A stretch of 64,000 nt of DNA, from positions 124,001-188,000 of the forward strand of contig CM022672.1 in NCBI GenBank assembly GCA_012295275.1, written 5' to 3'. A model generated the notes under the pieces. That model did not search any database. It had not been told where the DNA came from and saw nothing but the letters and a program-made list of their open reading frames with translations. The position numbers and the translations under genes were made by a program. Origin of the DNA: Chrysomallon squamiferum. Its lineage: Eukaryota > Animalia > Mollusca. Of the stretch, positions 1-14,185 are shown piece after piece; within the stretch, counting starts at the first letter, position 1, and every line of letters starts with the position of its first letter.

Positions 1-611
1 AAGTGCACAGAGTCACGCCTCAGTTACGATGGAGAACTGTCTGGTTAAGTGACAAGGCTCAATTTTTGCTTCGTTGAGCTGATGGAAGATGTCAAGTTTA
101 CAGATGTTGTGATAAACATTTTGCTGCAAATTGCATACAGGAAGCAGACAGATTTGGCGGTGGTAGTGTGATGGTGTGGGCAGCAATCTCATACACTGGC
201 AGGACCGACCTGGTTCACATCCAAGGCAACTTAATGGTACAGAGATACTGAGATGAAATTTTGCAGCCACATGTCACTCCAATTATGAATAATGGTAACA
301 CTGTATTCCAGCACGACAGTGCAAGACTACATACACCCAGACTCGCAACAGCGTACCTACACAACAATAACATTTAGGTCCTGCCCTGGCCCTCTAAATC
401 TCCGGATCTGAACCCTGCAGAGCATTTATGGGACGAGTTAGATAGACAACTGAGGCAGCATCAACCACAGCCATAGAATTGTGCTCAGTTGGCATTATTA
501 CTACAGACAGAGTGGGCCACCATTCCACAAGGTGTAATTCGTAATGTCATTACTGCCATAGGAAGGAGATCTCAGGCAGTTCTGAACTCCCATCGTGGGC
601 ACACAGTATAA
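1..611 (+). mobile_element. Decayed Tc1/mariner-family transposase fragment (C-terminal DDE domain), pseudogenised
   Basis: Manual translation gives ...DRFGGGSVMVWAAISYTGRTDLVHIQGNL...VFQHDSARLH...LPWPSKSPDLNPAEHLWDELDRQL...EWATIPQ..., the Tc1 GGSVMVW, FQxDN-like and SPDLNPIE motifs, with several in-frame stops. Confidence 0.92.
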
Positions 612-899
612 TACCATCAGTATTAATGAATTGCAAAAGTGTGTGTAAAATGTGAACATTCTGCTGCTTTCTGTTTATTTTTTATTAGAGTATATTTTGT
701 TGATTTCAATAAATTAAAATTTGTTGTTGAAGGGTCCAAAGGCCCAAGTTGTGAAGCATGGTTATTTGATAAAGATGATTCATAAAAGATGACAGATCTT
801 TGCAACTATAATTTACACATTCACAGTCTTGTTTACAAGTTTATGCATTATTATATTTGTGCTTCTTAAACAATATATTCAGCTCACATTTTGTCAAAG

Positions 900-1370
900 T
901 ATACAATTGCCATTTTTAAAGATGTGTCAGTCACATGATTAAATTTGAAAAACTGGATACGCATTTCCACTTAACAATCTGTAACTGAACATTCGATTGA
1001 ATGGTAGGCTTAGAAAATGAGTTATTATCTAAAGCTTATCTAGTTGTTATGACAAAACAAATCTGAAAAATGTAGGGGAAGCAATGTAGATCATTTTCAT
1101 TTGTGATACTTGATTGTTAATTATATATAAAATGTCTGCCAAAATTGGTCTAAAATGTCTCTTTCTTTTTCAGGCACTTTTCAGAACAATTTAATGCAAA
1201 TATGAAGGGTAGCATTAGTAAATGTTTCTTTTTACTGCTCAAAAATGATCTTTTAAATGAAACATGAAAGAAGATATGATCAGGGATGTAAATCTGCAGA
1301 AAACAAAAAATTGGCACATTGACTAAATTGCATATTTTCTGCTGCCACACGTTGTCTTAAAACCTGTCCT
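900..1370. repeat. Dispersed repeat copy A (related to 5490-5930)
   Basis: Shared collinear blocks, e.g. gtcacatgat, gtaggcttagaaaatgagttattatc, gcaaaatatgaa/gcaaatatgaa, gatgtaaatctgca; boundaries approximate. Confidence 0.7.
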
Positions 1371-1941
1371 GCCTTAAGCTCTAAAAACTGCCTTTTCATA
1401 ACTTGAATTACTGGCAAGATCACTAGCAGTCACCTAGATCAAGTTATGTTATGAATTCTCATAATTACAATGATGGGTGGTTGTCACTTCCAGAAAAAAG
1501 CCAGCTATAGCAATTGATATATCAGAATGAAGAGATACGTTGTAAACAATAAATCCTAAAATATACATTATCGTAATTTATAGATCTGAATGAAATTCAT
1601 TTTTCTTTTCTCTGATATACATACTCTATTATGCATTAAAAAAAAGTAATAATAATAATTTAGTTGACTTGCTATCAAATTTTTCATTACTAACATTATT
1701 TTGTTTTGTTTCATTTTTTTCTTGCAAAAGAAAATGTTATTTAGAACTAAACAGGTGATCACATTTATTGAATTTATAAATAAAATATTTTGTTAGGCCC
1801 TTGACAGTATTTGTGTGTGTGTGTGTGTGTGATTGGTTTTTTTTAATTATTATTTCTTTTTTATTATTTTATACAAGATATTTTATTTAAATTTTAATTT
1901 AAAAAAAATATTTCTCTTCCAGATTTTTGTTGAAATATACA

Positions 1942-2545
1942 ATGGATAAACAATATTCAGTGAAATTCTTTACATCGTTTGTTGAAGCAATGCAGAAATT
2001 TTGTCGAGAATATATAGAATTTGATCAGTGTGTTGAGCTGAGTGGTTATCTGGCAGTTGAGATAGATAATCATAAAAAAGAAAGATATGTATTAAGTGAA
2101 ATGTTGCAGAGTTCAGGAAATGTTATTAGTGAAAGCTACTGTACAAAAGCTTTCAAGACACTGCGCAAAGAACCCTCAGTTTCAAGAGGTAGTGAAAATA
2201 TTGGACCCCGAACTACGCAAGCGCATCCTGAAGAGGTAACCATTGTTTTGCGTGACAGCCCTGAAATGGTATCTCATGTGAACACACAGAGGCATCAGAG
2301 GTTTTCTAATCAACGATCCAGTACTTTCAGTCATTCACAGAGAGGTTATTCTTCTGGTCATACAAGAGAAATAATTAAGCTAGGAAATCCTTTTGATCAA
2401 CAAGTTAGACATACTCCAAATCAGATACAGCCTCGCTCGTTAGATTCATCATCAAGAAATAATTCATCATTTTCACCTTCATCAGCTCAAAAACGTCCAG
2501 GCAGTGAGTTAAATCACCAACAAGAATCACCTGCAGCTAAAAAAG
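1942..2545 (+). CDS. Common coding exon 1 of the multi-isoform transcription-factor gene: ~75-aa N-terminal globular domain (not BTB) followed by an S/Q/R-rich disordered region
   Basis: Acceptor ttctcttccag ends at 1922 (exon starts 1923, so an upstream UTR exon is implied); ATG 1942, MDKQYSVKFFTSFVEAMQKFCREYIEFDQCVELSGYLAVEIDN...; donor AAG|gtaagt after 2545, phase 1. Confidence 0.85.
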
Positions 2546-4102
2546 GTAAGTACAGAATACAATTTAGAGCTTAATCAATAAAATTTCTGTTACTGAAAAT
2601 TATTTATTAACATAGTTTTCAAGTATTTATTCATGGTTATTTTCATAATTATGATTACACTTTCTGATGGTAAATCTGACAAGATACAAGAACTAAAAGT
2701 AAGTGCCTGTTCACAGGCATTGTCTGATACAAATGATATATTTTTTTTAAATAGAAATTTGAATGCATATACAGAAAACAAAAATTAGCTTACTTATTTT
2801 TGGAAGGATATGATGTTTGGAATACTGACATAATGTAACAGCATCACCAAATGTGATTATGAGCCATTTTCAGCCACTGATAACACACTTTAATTTGATT
2901 AACAAATGCATGACCATATATTGAGATCTGTTTTACTATTACAAGAAGTACCTCAGAATTTCTCAAAGATTAATATGCAGTATTTAAAAAAATATAAAAT
3001 GACATAAAAAAGAACACTTGTGATTAAGATATGGTCACTGCTAAAAATCTGTTTAATATGGTGTGTAACTGCAGATTTTTTGACCTCATAAACAGTGCAG
3101 CCTTTGTTCTTGAATTTTGAAATAGCAGTTAGAAATCCAAATTTATTTACATAACAAGATCTTGAGCCATAAAGTCAAACATTGGTACACATATATTGAA
3201 TAGATAATAATCAATCATATCAAAAGCTAGGTAATTGCCCACATTGTCAGATTACCCTGGATGTGCATGCATATTTTTTTGCATTTTGTAATTTTTTCTC
3301 AACTTTGGACCTAACTACGTATTAATATTTTACTGGATTCAAATAATCGTTCCCATAAAGAAACATCCATAGTACGTACTTAAAACAATCAATTCTTTGT
3401 ATCGATGACAAATAATCATAAACTAAACTTTAGATGTTCACAGATATGTAAATTTTTAGATTATCTGAGTACGAAATATGTAACATGAAAATTTACGCTC
3501 AATATCTTTATAATAAATAAAACTGTTAGCTTTCAGTAATAGCCAAAAAGTTCTTGATGCTGAATTCAATCAAGAAATGAGATAAAATTTGTCAGTGTGT
3601 AATCTGCACTCAGTGCTAATTTGAACACAAAAATTGTCATTTGATCAGTGGTAGCAGTAATTCTGCAGCTGCATGATGCATGCACTGCCTGTTGCATATT
3701 TTAGATGTGGAGTATGAATTCACTGAACAATTCATGATCAAACAAATTACATACAATTCATGAACAAATCTTCATATTTATTTTTATTCAGTTCATAATG
3801 TTACAGGTTGATTGTAAACCAAGTTACATGTTAGACAACTGATTTTGTACATTATTGGTTGAAACCTATCTCTCTTCTGCCATCTAATCATAGTAATTAA
3901 TCTTAGTCTGAAATTAAGCAGCAAGATCAGTATCCTTAAAATATCTTTATTGGCCAAATTTTAAAGTTTTCTTCACAAAATAGTAATTAAATTTATTTCA
4001 TTCTTGGTCAAAAATGATCCTTGTAAACTTAATAGTAATTTGATGATGAAAGTGAATGAAATAAAATTGTTTTACCTTATTTTTTCTTTATTTTTTCTGC
4101 AG

Positions 4103-4467
4103 ATAAATGCGATTCAGTAACTTCCATACTGGCTGATCCAAGAAATGTTTATTCAGGTGATACAAGTGAATCACAACAGATAGCAGCATCTACAATACCA
4201 TTTTCATCACAATCCACTTCACAGAACACAGGTGAAAGTATTCGTTTGCCACTTTCAGCTACAGTGAAGGAAGAAGGCATAAGTTCAGTGATAACATTAG
4301 AAACCTCTGATAACACAGAGGAACATACAACAGAAAGTGACATTGGTGATAACTTGCAAGAAACTATGTCACTTGGTTTGGATGCTTCAGCAAATTATTC
4401 TAATAGTTCACAAAGTGGAATTGATGAAAATTCAGCATCATCTTCAGCCTATATATCACAGTTCAAG
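4103..4467 (+). CDS. Common coding exon 2 (acidic/Ser-Thr-rich linker, VKEE SUMO-consensus motif), ending in the shared phase-0 donor
   Basis: Acceptor ttttttctgcag ends at 4102; phase-1 join keeps the frame open (DKCDSVTSILADPRN...ATVKEEG...AYISQFK); donor AAG|gtaaat after 4467. Confidence 0.85.
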
Positions 4468-5489
4468 GTAAATAGGTCTTCATTTTTAACGAATATCTTC
4501 TGTAGTCAGGATCATCTCATGAATTTCACATTTAATGTAAATTACAAAATAAAAAATACAGAATATTGGTTTATCAAATTGTTAAAGAAGTACTTAAAGT
4601 AAAAATTGTTGCATCATGCTGAAGTTATCATAAAATATCTTAAGACAATGTGTGGCAGTAATTTTAAAGTTTAGAATAGCTAAAGAAAACAAGTTTAATG
4701 GATAGTAAATGATAATACTATGAACCCTAAATGCAAAAAATGTAATCTGTTCAAGTCTATCGCTTGCCATTGCAGAGGAAATCAACATAAACTGCCAGAT
4801 TACATTAGGTTTTTATGAACTGATTTTTCAGCTACAAAATGCATCACAGAGGAACAGTGTTTTGCAGAAATGTACATTGTACATATGTTGACAATACAAC
4901 AGAGAGATTTCTTTTTTTTTTTTTTTTTGCTCATTTTTTTTTTTTTTTTTTTGTAATTTATAAAAAAAACCAAAAATATGTAGCTCTTTTTTTTGTTTCT
5001 GTTAAGCAATCTTTATAAAGTAAACACTATGAAACAGTCACAAATATCTCTTTTGTGATGTCAGCAAGAACACTAATTTAAAAATGTACCAAGTTTCATT
5101 AGAACTGAATAGATTTCAGAGTCATATGCAGATTGAAAAATGGAAAATTAGAAAAATGCAAGAATAAGAAGAGAAACATGTTTTGTCCGTTATTTTATTT
5201 CTTTGTCTTGCTTGAAAACTTCACTCAGGAATAAGTCATGTGTTTCCTGTTTAAAATATGTTCAAGATTTTTTGTCCAAAACAAACATTTCCAGTACTAA
5301 AGTTACCAGTGTAAAGGGATTGACATGCAGTTTGATTCATTGTCAACTCTTGCTACCATGTCACTTTGCTTACCTGCACTTATTTTGTATAAGATAGATA
5401 TTTTCTTCATGATCACTTGAATTTCAGACCCAGTTTCTGTGTAAGAGTTCTTTACAAGCTGTGAATCAATTACCAAACTAAACAGTCAC

Positions 5490-5930
5490 CATATTTTAGA
5501 GATGCATTGGTCACATGATCCAATCTGCTGAGCTGGATAAATGCTGTCTGCTTCACATTCCATACCTGAATAATCAGTTGAATAGTAGGCTTAGAAAATG
5601 AGTTATTATCCAAATATGACCTTGTCCTTATGACAAAACTCTCTGAAATAGTATACGGGAAATACTGTAGATCAGTCCCATATGTAATACTAGATAGTTA
5701 GTGTAAAGAAATAGTTGCCTCAAAGGTTTTAATATGTCACTTTTTCAGGACTTTTTGGAGCAAACAAAAGCAAATATGAATGAGTTGTATCAGTAAATGC
5801 TATTTTAGTGCTCAGAAATGAAAATTTTAATTAAATTAAGGTATGGAATCCAAAAGTTAAAACATTCAGAGATGTAAATCTGCAAAAAACTTAAATTTGT
5901 GAAGTTTTCTGCTTCTGCACATTGCCTTAA
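5490..5930. repeat. Dispersed repeat copy B (related to 900-1370)
   Basis: Same collinear blocks as copy A; boundaries approximate. Confidence 0.7.
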
Positions 5931-7153
5931 TAAAAGGTTATTTTTGACTATCTGGAAAGAATAACCCATAGTTGGTGCCAACTTTCTTTTTTCTGTAAAT
6001 CATAAAATATTCATGAATTTGTTGATACCAAAATGTTAACCAGATCATTCACAAAAGTACAGAAATGTATGAATTATAAACAATGTGTGTTTGAGATGAT
6101 CCTGATTTTATATGAAATGTTTGAGTTGCCATGTCTTTGTTGAGATTAATTTTTCCAGTCAGAAACTGAAGAGCAGATTTATATAAATTACTGATTATTA
6201 TACATGAATATTCTAGGAATAAATCACCTTTCCTAAAAATTATTTTGTATTTTGAACAATTGATCCATGAGCCTATATATACTTTAATAACATTATATAT
6301 TTTTTTAATTTGTTCATCAGTTCTTTTCTTGATTGTTAAAAAAACATATTGAAACAATTTTAAGAAATTTTAATTGTTTCACATCAGCTTACATGGCAGC
6401 TTTTATCATTTCTTAGAAATACATTTCTTAGTAAATGTCTGATAAATAGTGGTATGTCAAAAAGAGTTATCTTGGATTGTTAAGTAAAAGTCCATAATTT
6501 GTGTAAAAACTGTTACAAAAAATTTCTTCCTACATTTTATTACTTTATTTAAAGATAAATGTTCAAATAAATGCCACCCCTTCCCCCTCAAAAAAATAGA
6601 AAGAAAACAAATTGAATTTAATCACTTCAATCAGGACTTGAATTTTTGCGTAGGTGTTGTAATTTGTTCAGTATTAAAATTTGCTACACTTTTGAACTGA
6701 ATCCAGTTTGATATAGCAAACATAAACAATTTTTCTGTGCATTAATGTTTGTGTAAATTATGTAAATTATGGAAATCAAAATTAGATGGCCAGATTAAAG
6801 ATGTGTATTCTGTATGATACCAATTGTGTGCCTTTGCATCATTGATTTAAACTGAATTCTGTCATGGTTATAACATATAGTTCAAAATTAAATACAAATT
6901 TTATATAAGAAGTTTAAGAACATAATTTCTTAATTCTTAATACTTTTTATCACCTGCTATTATTTCATTAAGGACTTAAAATGTCACTTGTTGATATATG
7001 ATGGATTGTTTTCTAGAAATTTAAGGAAACTGTGATATATTAAGTTTACTATATTGTATGTAATACAATGATATTTGAAGTAACTTGATCATTACAAATA
7101 TCCTATAATTGTTAAAATTCAAACAATAAGCAGAACTGCTATTGTATTTAATA

Positions 7154-7477
7154 CAGTGGTGCCCAAAATGTCAATTGCAATCAACCAGTTGATTACATAG
7201 ACAGTATGGGTAGATCACATGACACTAAACAATAGACTATCATTTATGCTGCAAGTGCAAGTCATCAGAGTAAGGTGATGGCCAAAAATGTACAGACTTG
7301 TATTGTGCCATACAGGTTCATGCTGTTATGCAAGGTACACCAACATATATTGAAAATAGGTATACTTAGTATAAATAAATAAAATATATAAATGTTTTGC
7401 ATTTTTGTTGTAGGTAGATCATTTTGACATGATCAGTTAAAAAGTAGCTTGCAAACAAAAAAGTGTGGGCATCCCTG
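7154..7477. mobile_element. Non-autonomous hAT-like element (MITE)
   Basis: Imperfect TIRs cagtggtgcccaaa / tgtgggcatccctg, flanked by near-identical 8-bp direct repeats atttaata / atctaata (hAT-type TSD length). Confidence 0.7.
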
Positions 7478-9200
7478 ATCTAATATATGTGTGTATTTCA
7501 CCAGTTTGTCAAACCTGTCCCAGTTCATGCTGCACAAGGGTCATTTTCTTACCTACTATAAAATCATTAACATGGCAATGAAAATAGAGATATGCTGTCT
7601 ACTCATGAATTTCCTTCCACCATATATGTTACAGCATTTATTAAATTTACAAAGCAATGTTTAATATTGAATTTACTGTCTGCAGTTCAGAATAAAATTA
7701 ATTTTTGTGTAATGAAATAGATTTATTGTCTGTATTTCTAGAGAAGCTAAATAGTGGATTTAAAATTAAATAAATAAATAAATATAAAATGGAAAAGAAA
7801 AAAGAAAAAATATAATGTGAAAACAAGCAGTAGATTGAACAGTAATTTTTTGAACTTGTACACTAACACTATATCAAGTTCAACATTTTTATTTTTTATT
7901 ATTATTATTATTTTCCTTTGAGTGTTCTAGTTACTGGTCTGTTAGTGCATAATGAAGAACTACAGCAGTGTTCAACCTAGAATTAAAAATAGGGAGATGG
8001 GACTTCTCCATCTGAACACATTAGGAAGAAGTTAGGTTCTGTGAGGAAAAAATTGACAGTAAGCCAGATGTGTTGAAAACTAAAAATATTTAAACACAAA
8101 ACACAGATTGTTATATACTTCAGTGAACACAGTACTTAGGTGGTCAGTGATTATACATTTTTTGCGAGAAGATTTGTGTTTGTTTTTATTAATTTTCAGT
8201 GAGGCTTGCAGAGGAAACAAAGAAGGCCTATTAATGATCTTTACATTGTCTTTTTGGTGACTGAAACTGGAAAAGCTGACAGCATTATTTGTAATGTTTG
8301 TGGTTATTTATTCATTGAGACCCTTGATGTTTTCCCAAATAAACTTCACCTTGGGTTACAAATACAGTTAAGTTTAAAACAAAAGTTTGAGTATTTCGCC
8401 CATTGTTGCTGCCAAGCATGAACCCAGTAGTACACTTATCTGATTATCATTTATATAAATATTACCATGAATTAAAATGTAAGTTAAAATGTGTGTACTA
8501 TTAAGAGTTTTGTTAAATTCACAAAAATAATGTCATGAGTAAAATGTAATGATCAAAACTTTTTTTCTAGTATTTCGAGCCAGTTAAGTTGGTGAGTAAA
8601 TACATGCTGATAAATTTGGGGTATTCGAAAACTTGGAAAACTCTATAGAGCAAACTGTCCATTGGGTAAAGTGCAGTTTTTAAAAGGAAGTTTAATCTAA
8701 AACAGTTTTGACTTTTCAGATTCTTCAATCCTGCTCCCATTATATCGGGTCTGTGCAGAATAAAATTATTTATTATACTTGAACTTTTCCTCCCAGTAGC
8801 TGTTCTTTTATTTGTCACTGGTAAACTCATTTTACAATATATATAATATAGTATTAATATGGGGGGAGGTGACTATTTATCAGTTAACTCCAGCCATAAC
8901 TGTAACAAAATGTGTAATTGGTGATGCAATTGATGATTTGACTGGGTGTGAAATGTGTTTGAGCAAATGTACAGATTTTTATTTTTGCCTGAGAATCGTG
9001 GCTAACAGTATTTCTCAGAATCACTAACTTTTAAGTAGTCACATTGATATATATTTAAATGTTGTTAGTATTGATAAATCTAAACCATTATCTGAACATG
9101 TAAATTGATACAGAATGTTATTAAATATTACCAATACTTCATTTTTTCTTTCTTTCTATTATTTCTATTATTATTATTATTATTTGATTTTTTCTATTTT

Positions 9201-9235
<35 letters not shown>

Positions 9236-10949
9236 ATGTGAATAAAATTTTATAATGGATATAATGTAGATTTATTTTAAGTAGGATAAGATACCTGATA
9301 TTAAACATCAACATTTTTTTTTTAAATGGCAGGAACTCAACTGTTTTCACAATTTTTGGTTTTTTATTGCGATACATACCAACATTCACAGAAATCTAAA
9401 GTTATACTTCCAGAGACAGGTATTTATTTTATTTTATTTTATTTTATTTTATTTTATTTTATTTTATTGTTAGGTTTTGATTAGATGTTAATATTGTTTG
9501 TTCTGTTTATTACCCAAATGCAAACCTAGTTTGGAATGCAGTTTTGTAACAGTTCATTATGTAACCATTCTGATAAAATAAAACAAGCACAATTGCAGTA
9601 TTGTGTGTGGAATGCATTTAGGTGTTTTCAATACAGTGTTGAAAGTTGATTTAACACTAACTACAAAATAGAATGTGACCATATGTGAGAATAGGTATTA
9701 GAAATACCCTAACATTTTTATGTCATTTTCATTTTTGTTATATTTTATTTAGCTAAGAAAATGGTTTTGCTGCTGTAGTAAATCTCAACCACAGTGAGTT
9801 TGTTATATTTAACAGTTTAGAAGGAGGACAAGCTTATTATATCATTTATTTAAGCTATTTGATGCCAATTCGGATTAACCCTGAATGACCAGAAGAAAAA
9901 TAATATATGGTCTACATTGAAAGAAAAAAAATGTCAGAGTATTATTTTTGTGGAACCCAAAATTTAAACCTTTCAGACTTTTTTGTTTGTACATGAATAG
10001 AATGTGTTGCAGCTTTGATGTGGTTTTTTTTATAAGGATTTTCTGTTCACAGAGAGTATCCAGCCAACACTGTTGCTCAGGTTTTGGATGTCAGCTGATA
10101 AAATTAGTTCAGCCATTTGTTACAGTTTTTTTGTTTTGCAAAGTTACTGAAGTTTTGAAGATTTTGACCATAATGAAATCTAATTATCAGTCTCCAGTGT
10201 TAAGAGCCTGTATACTTATATTGACTAATATGTTGTTTTGAGGTACATGTCAAATAATTTGTGATGAGAATGATGTGAGTTTGACACTGTCAAAGATTTA
10301 ATAATTACTATCTGATTTTGTTTATACTGATGTAATAATTTAACTAGTTTAAGCATTCTTATAATTGCTGGATAGGATAACATAACATTCCTATTTACAT
10401 ATTAAAAATAGGTTGATTTCTTTTTTCTGTTTTTTTTTTTCTTACTTTTTTCTTTTTTGGGCTTATCTAGTTTTGTACATATTTCATGACATTTACAGAT
10501 AGATCAAAGGGAATGCCAGTAATCAGATGTCATTTTAATGGACATCCTACTACACTTTTACAAACAGTGTTTTCACATGAGTGGATGAATGTATATCAGT
10601 AATGTTTAATTATCATTTTTGTTTCTCTCTCATTCTGTGTCAGCTATAAATCATCTTACTGACCAAATTATAAAAATATATGTGATACAACAGCAAAATC
10701 TGTAGCTTTCAGAAGATTTATAACTATCTTTTATTAATATCAACACAGTGATCCAATTTTAATGATATGCAAAATAAATGCATTTTCATAAACTTGTTTA
10801 ATGCTAAAAAGCAAAGAGTCTGAAATAATAAACACTTGTCAAAAATCATAAAGGTTTGAATTGTTTGTTTCTAGTTGAAATTTTCTCATAAGTTGTAGGC
10901 TTTATCAGAAAATTCCGTTACAATTCATTGTCTACTGTGTCTGTTTCAG

Positions 10950-11138
10950 TGGCACAGACGCCCTTACCGTTCTGCATACAGCCTTAAGGATATTGATATG
11001 GCTGTCAGCCTTGTTGTCAACAAGCAGGCAAACTTGAGTACTGCCAGCAAGATCAGCGGTGTTCCAATAGCCACACTCCATAGACATGTGAGGCGGAGAA
11101 TCAAAATAAATGAAAAAAAACAAAAAACATTGACATAA
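10950..11138 (+). CDS. Alternative terminal exon P1: pipsqueak-type (HTH_psq/CENP-B N-like) helix-turn-helix; absent from the ORF track
   Basis: ctgtttcag| then phase 0: WHRRPYRSAYSLKDIDMAVSLVVNKQANLSTASKISGVPIATLHRHVRRRIKINEKKQKTLT*; matches the psq pattern YS..D...A...V....S...A....GVP..TL. Confidence 0.8.
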   Translation, partial: WHRRPYRSAYSLKDIDMAVSLVVNKQANLSTASKISGVPIATLHRHVRRRIKINEKKQKTLT

Positions 11139-13990
11139 CAAAATAACTAATATGAGTGACAAATGTTAATGTTTTCCAAATCCATTATCTACAATAACTG
11201 GTGCTTTTAACATATAATTGAATAAAATGAAGATTTGGTTACAGATGTACCAAAGTACTCTGTGATTTCAGTTAATAACACTTAAAATACTTTTGTATGG
11301 ATAGCAAAATCTTCATTTTGAGCAAAGTTGATATTTAACTATGTGGGAGAAAAGAAACATGAAAATCTGTCTTAATACAGAATAAGTTTTTTACAATCAT
11401 CTCAGTTAATAGGCCTCTGTGTGATCTTCAATAATAACATTTAAAGACAGATACATATGTAATGAATGCTATGTACAATGGAACCTGACTAAACCAGATC
11501 ATCATGGGATTGTAAAATGTATTTGATTTGAAAGGAGATCCAGCAGGATCAGGATTTTCAGTTTGTAAGGATTTTATAAATACTGTTATTACTTTTGTTG
11601 GGAAAACTCAGAAATCAGAATTGACCATAATATTCCAATATATCCAAAACCTCGGTGTTAACAAGTGAATTAGTTTTAACCATGAAGCTATAATGTATAA
11701 AAGAACAGCAATTTGCTGTTGTGTATTTCTTTTGAGAACCATTGCTATTTAAGTTCATTAAGTTATTTAGAGATACTGAACAAATTTCCATTTCCTTTCA
11801 TGTCATATGCTTTCATAAAATATTTCCTGTACTCCATGATTTCAAATCAGTAGAGGTATTTCACATTCCAAGTGCATGTGCCCATTGCTGTAATTAATGA
11901 ATTGTGCAAATATTTATAATGTCTAAACTGTTTGAATCATAAGTATACATGTATGTACTCTAGGTATAAGCATGCTAAATTAGATTATTTTTTGTTTATG
12001 GAAGTATATTTTGTTTATATACATAAGGTCAGGTATTGAGATGACTGTGGCTAATGAATCCATTTGTTTTTACAGCAGTGTATATCAGTGTATATAAATG
12101 AAAATTATCACTTTGTAATAAAACAGTAAATTGACAAATTACCCAATAAAACAGAAAGTTATGGCCCTGCTGATTCAGATTTTTATAATGACTGGCTTAC
12201 AGTTTTATTTTGGTCTCATGCTCAAATACCAAATATTACCATTATCAGACCAATACATCAGAGCCTAAGAATTTTGATATTTTTAGTCAAAACTTGTATA
12301 GCCTCTGATCTTTATAACCCATTATCTCAGCTACCAATGACCAAATGTTAATAATGTTGATGTTGCTGGAAAGAAAATTCCATAAGTAATCCAGATCAGC
12401 ATTTATTTATTATTTGTTATTTTTACTTTTTATTTTATTTATTTATTTATATATTTATTTATTATTTATCATAGAACCATTTCAAAGGGTCATAATCTTT
12501 TGATGTTTTGTTTCACCTTGTATTCAAACTTGTGGATCATATGCCCTTGGACTGACCTTTAGTCAGAATTTTAGTGTAATGTTTTAGTAAAAACACATTA
12601 AAAAATCTAAGATATAACATGTTTTATTAGTCTAATACACAAGGTGTGTATAACTGAGGCATAACTGTATATTTTACACATGCAGAACATTGTTAAATGT
12701 ATATTGGATACATCATTTATCATATACCCACTTCATGCATATATCTTCAGTGCAGTATCCAATCAAAGTATGATAATAAAAGCCCTATTTCCAAAAGTAC
12801 CAAATGAAAATAATATTTGATTTTGTGGCATTTGAGATCAAAACAAATATTTACCAACTTCTATGAAATTCTTAATTGGTGAATTGATCCAATACACTTA
12901 ATAACCACCAGGAAGTGTTCTTAATTTATTGGAAGATGCTAGGTGCAAAACAACATTGTCAGTTTGTATGCCTAGGTCTGTCATATTTGTTTGATTTCAA
13001 ACCAATTTTATCTTCTGTTGTTGCATTTTTAGAGGTTAACTTGTTAGTTTTGACCATAATGTTTTTATGCAGAAAATCTGTCTAGTTTCCATAATAAAAT
13101 TTATTCAGTGGTTTAATGCATTAGAGCAGTTATTTGTTGAGAAGAGTGATTGTTCATGTGAACTACTTGTTTTCAGTTTATAATTTCAAGCATTAAATTA
13201 ATTTTGGGATCAACATAAAAGAATCCGAGTTAAAACATTTTCATAAAATGTTTTTTTATGAACAGATTCTGTTTATTTAGTATTTTATATACATTTATTT
13301 GAATTGTATCTGTGTCATTCCTTTGGCGTTTATGCTTATTGATAGTTTTTAGTTGTAGCTATTGAAAGAAAAAATCAACAGTTCTGATACAGTCATTGGT
13401 TATGTCAGATTGTCTAGATAAAACACCATACAAAATAAAAAATTAAAATACTCCAAAAGCATTTATTTTTATTTTTGTTTATTTTTATTTATTTTTATTT
13501 ATTTTTTATTTATTGTAAGTTAAAGAAAAAGAATTATTAGTAAAACAAATATAGATATTTTGCAGAAGTGACTGGTCAGCCATTTTGTTTGTCATCAGTA
13601 TAGCGAAAGGTGTCCTGCTTTTCAAGTGTTTCTGTATAAGATGTCAAGTTATATCAAGATTTCACAAAATAAAATGAATAAAAAAATAAACAGAATGAAA
13701 CAAGCATTGTGATGGCATGTAATAGATGAATGAATGAACGAACAAAATTAACGTGCTAATCAGAGCTAGCTGTTGTAAAGCACGTATGTAATAGATTTTT
13801 ATATCCTGTTTTTATTATGTCCTCAAAAGTCACACAAGGATGAAGATCTTTTTAATCATAGTCATTTTTACTCAGTAATTTGTCGTGAGTTCAACAAAAC
13901 AGCATTTTTAGATAAGTTTTTTTTTATGGTTAAGTCAGGGACAAGCTCAACAATTACTTGTTACAACTGATTGTTTTTCATACCTTTCAG

Positions 13991-14185
13991 AGCACACCTG
14001 TTGGATATCGCCGATCATTCAGAAACTATAGTCAAGAACAAATCAACTTTGGTATTCAGCTTGTTTCTCTTGAACACTGTAGTCTGTGTAAAGCCAGCAA
14101 GGTCTGTGGTGTTCCAAAAGCCACTCTGTTTAGGATTCTCCGACGAAGGAAAAATATAGAAGCACAGAGACTAGACACATTTTAA
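13991..14185 (+). CDS. Alternative terminal exon P2: pipsqueak-type helix-turn-helix
   Basis: cctttcag| phase 0: STPVGYRRSFRNYSQEQINFGIQLVSLEHCSLCKASKVCGVPKATLFRILRRRK...*. Confidence 0.8.
   Translation, partial: STPVGYRRSFRNYSQEQINFGIQLVSLEHCSLCKASKVCGVPKATLFRILRRRKNIEAQRLDTF

Noticed and set aside
10932-11162. 76-aa minus-strand ORF
   Set aside because: Antisense shadow of the + strand psq-type exon 10950-11138
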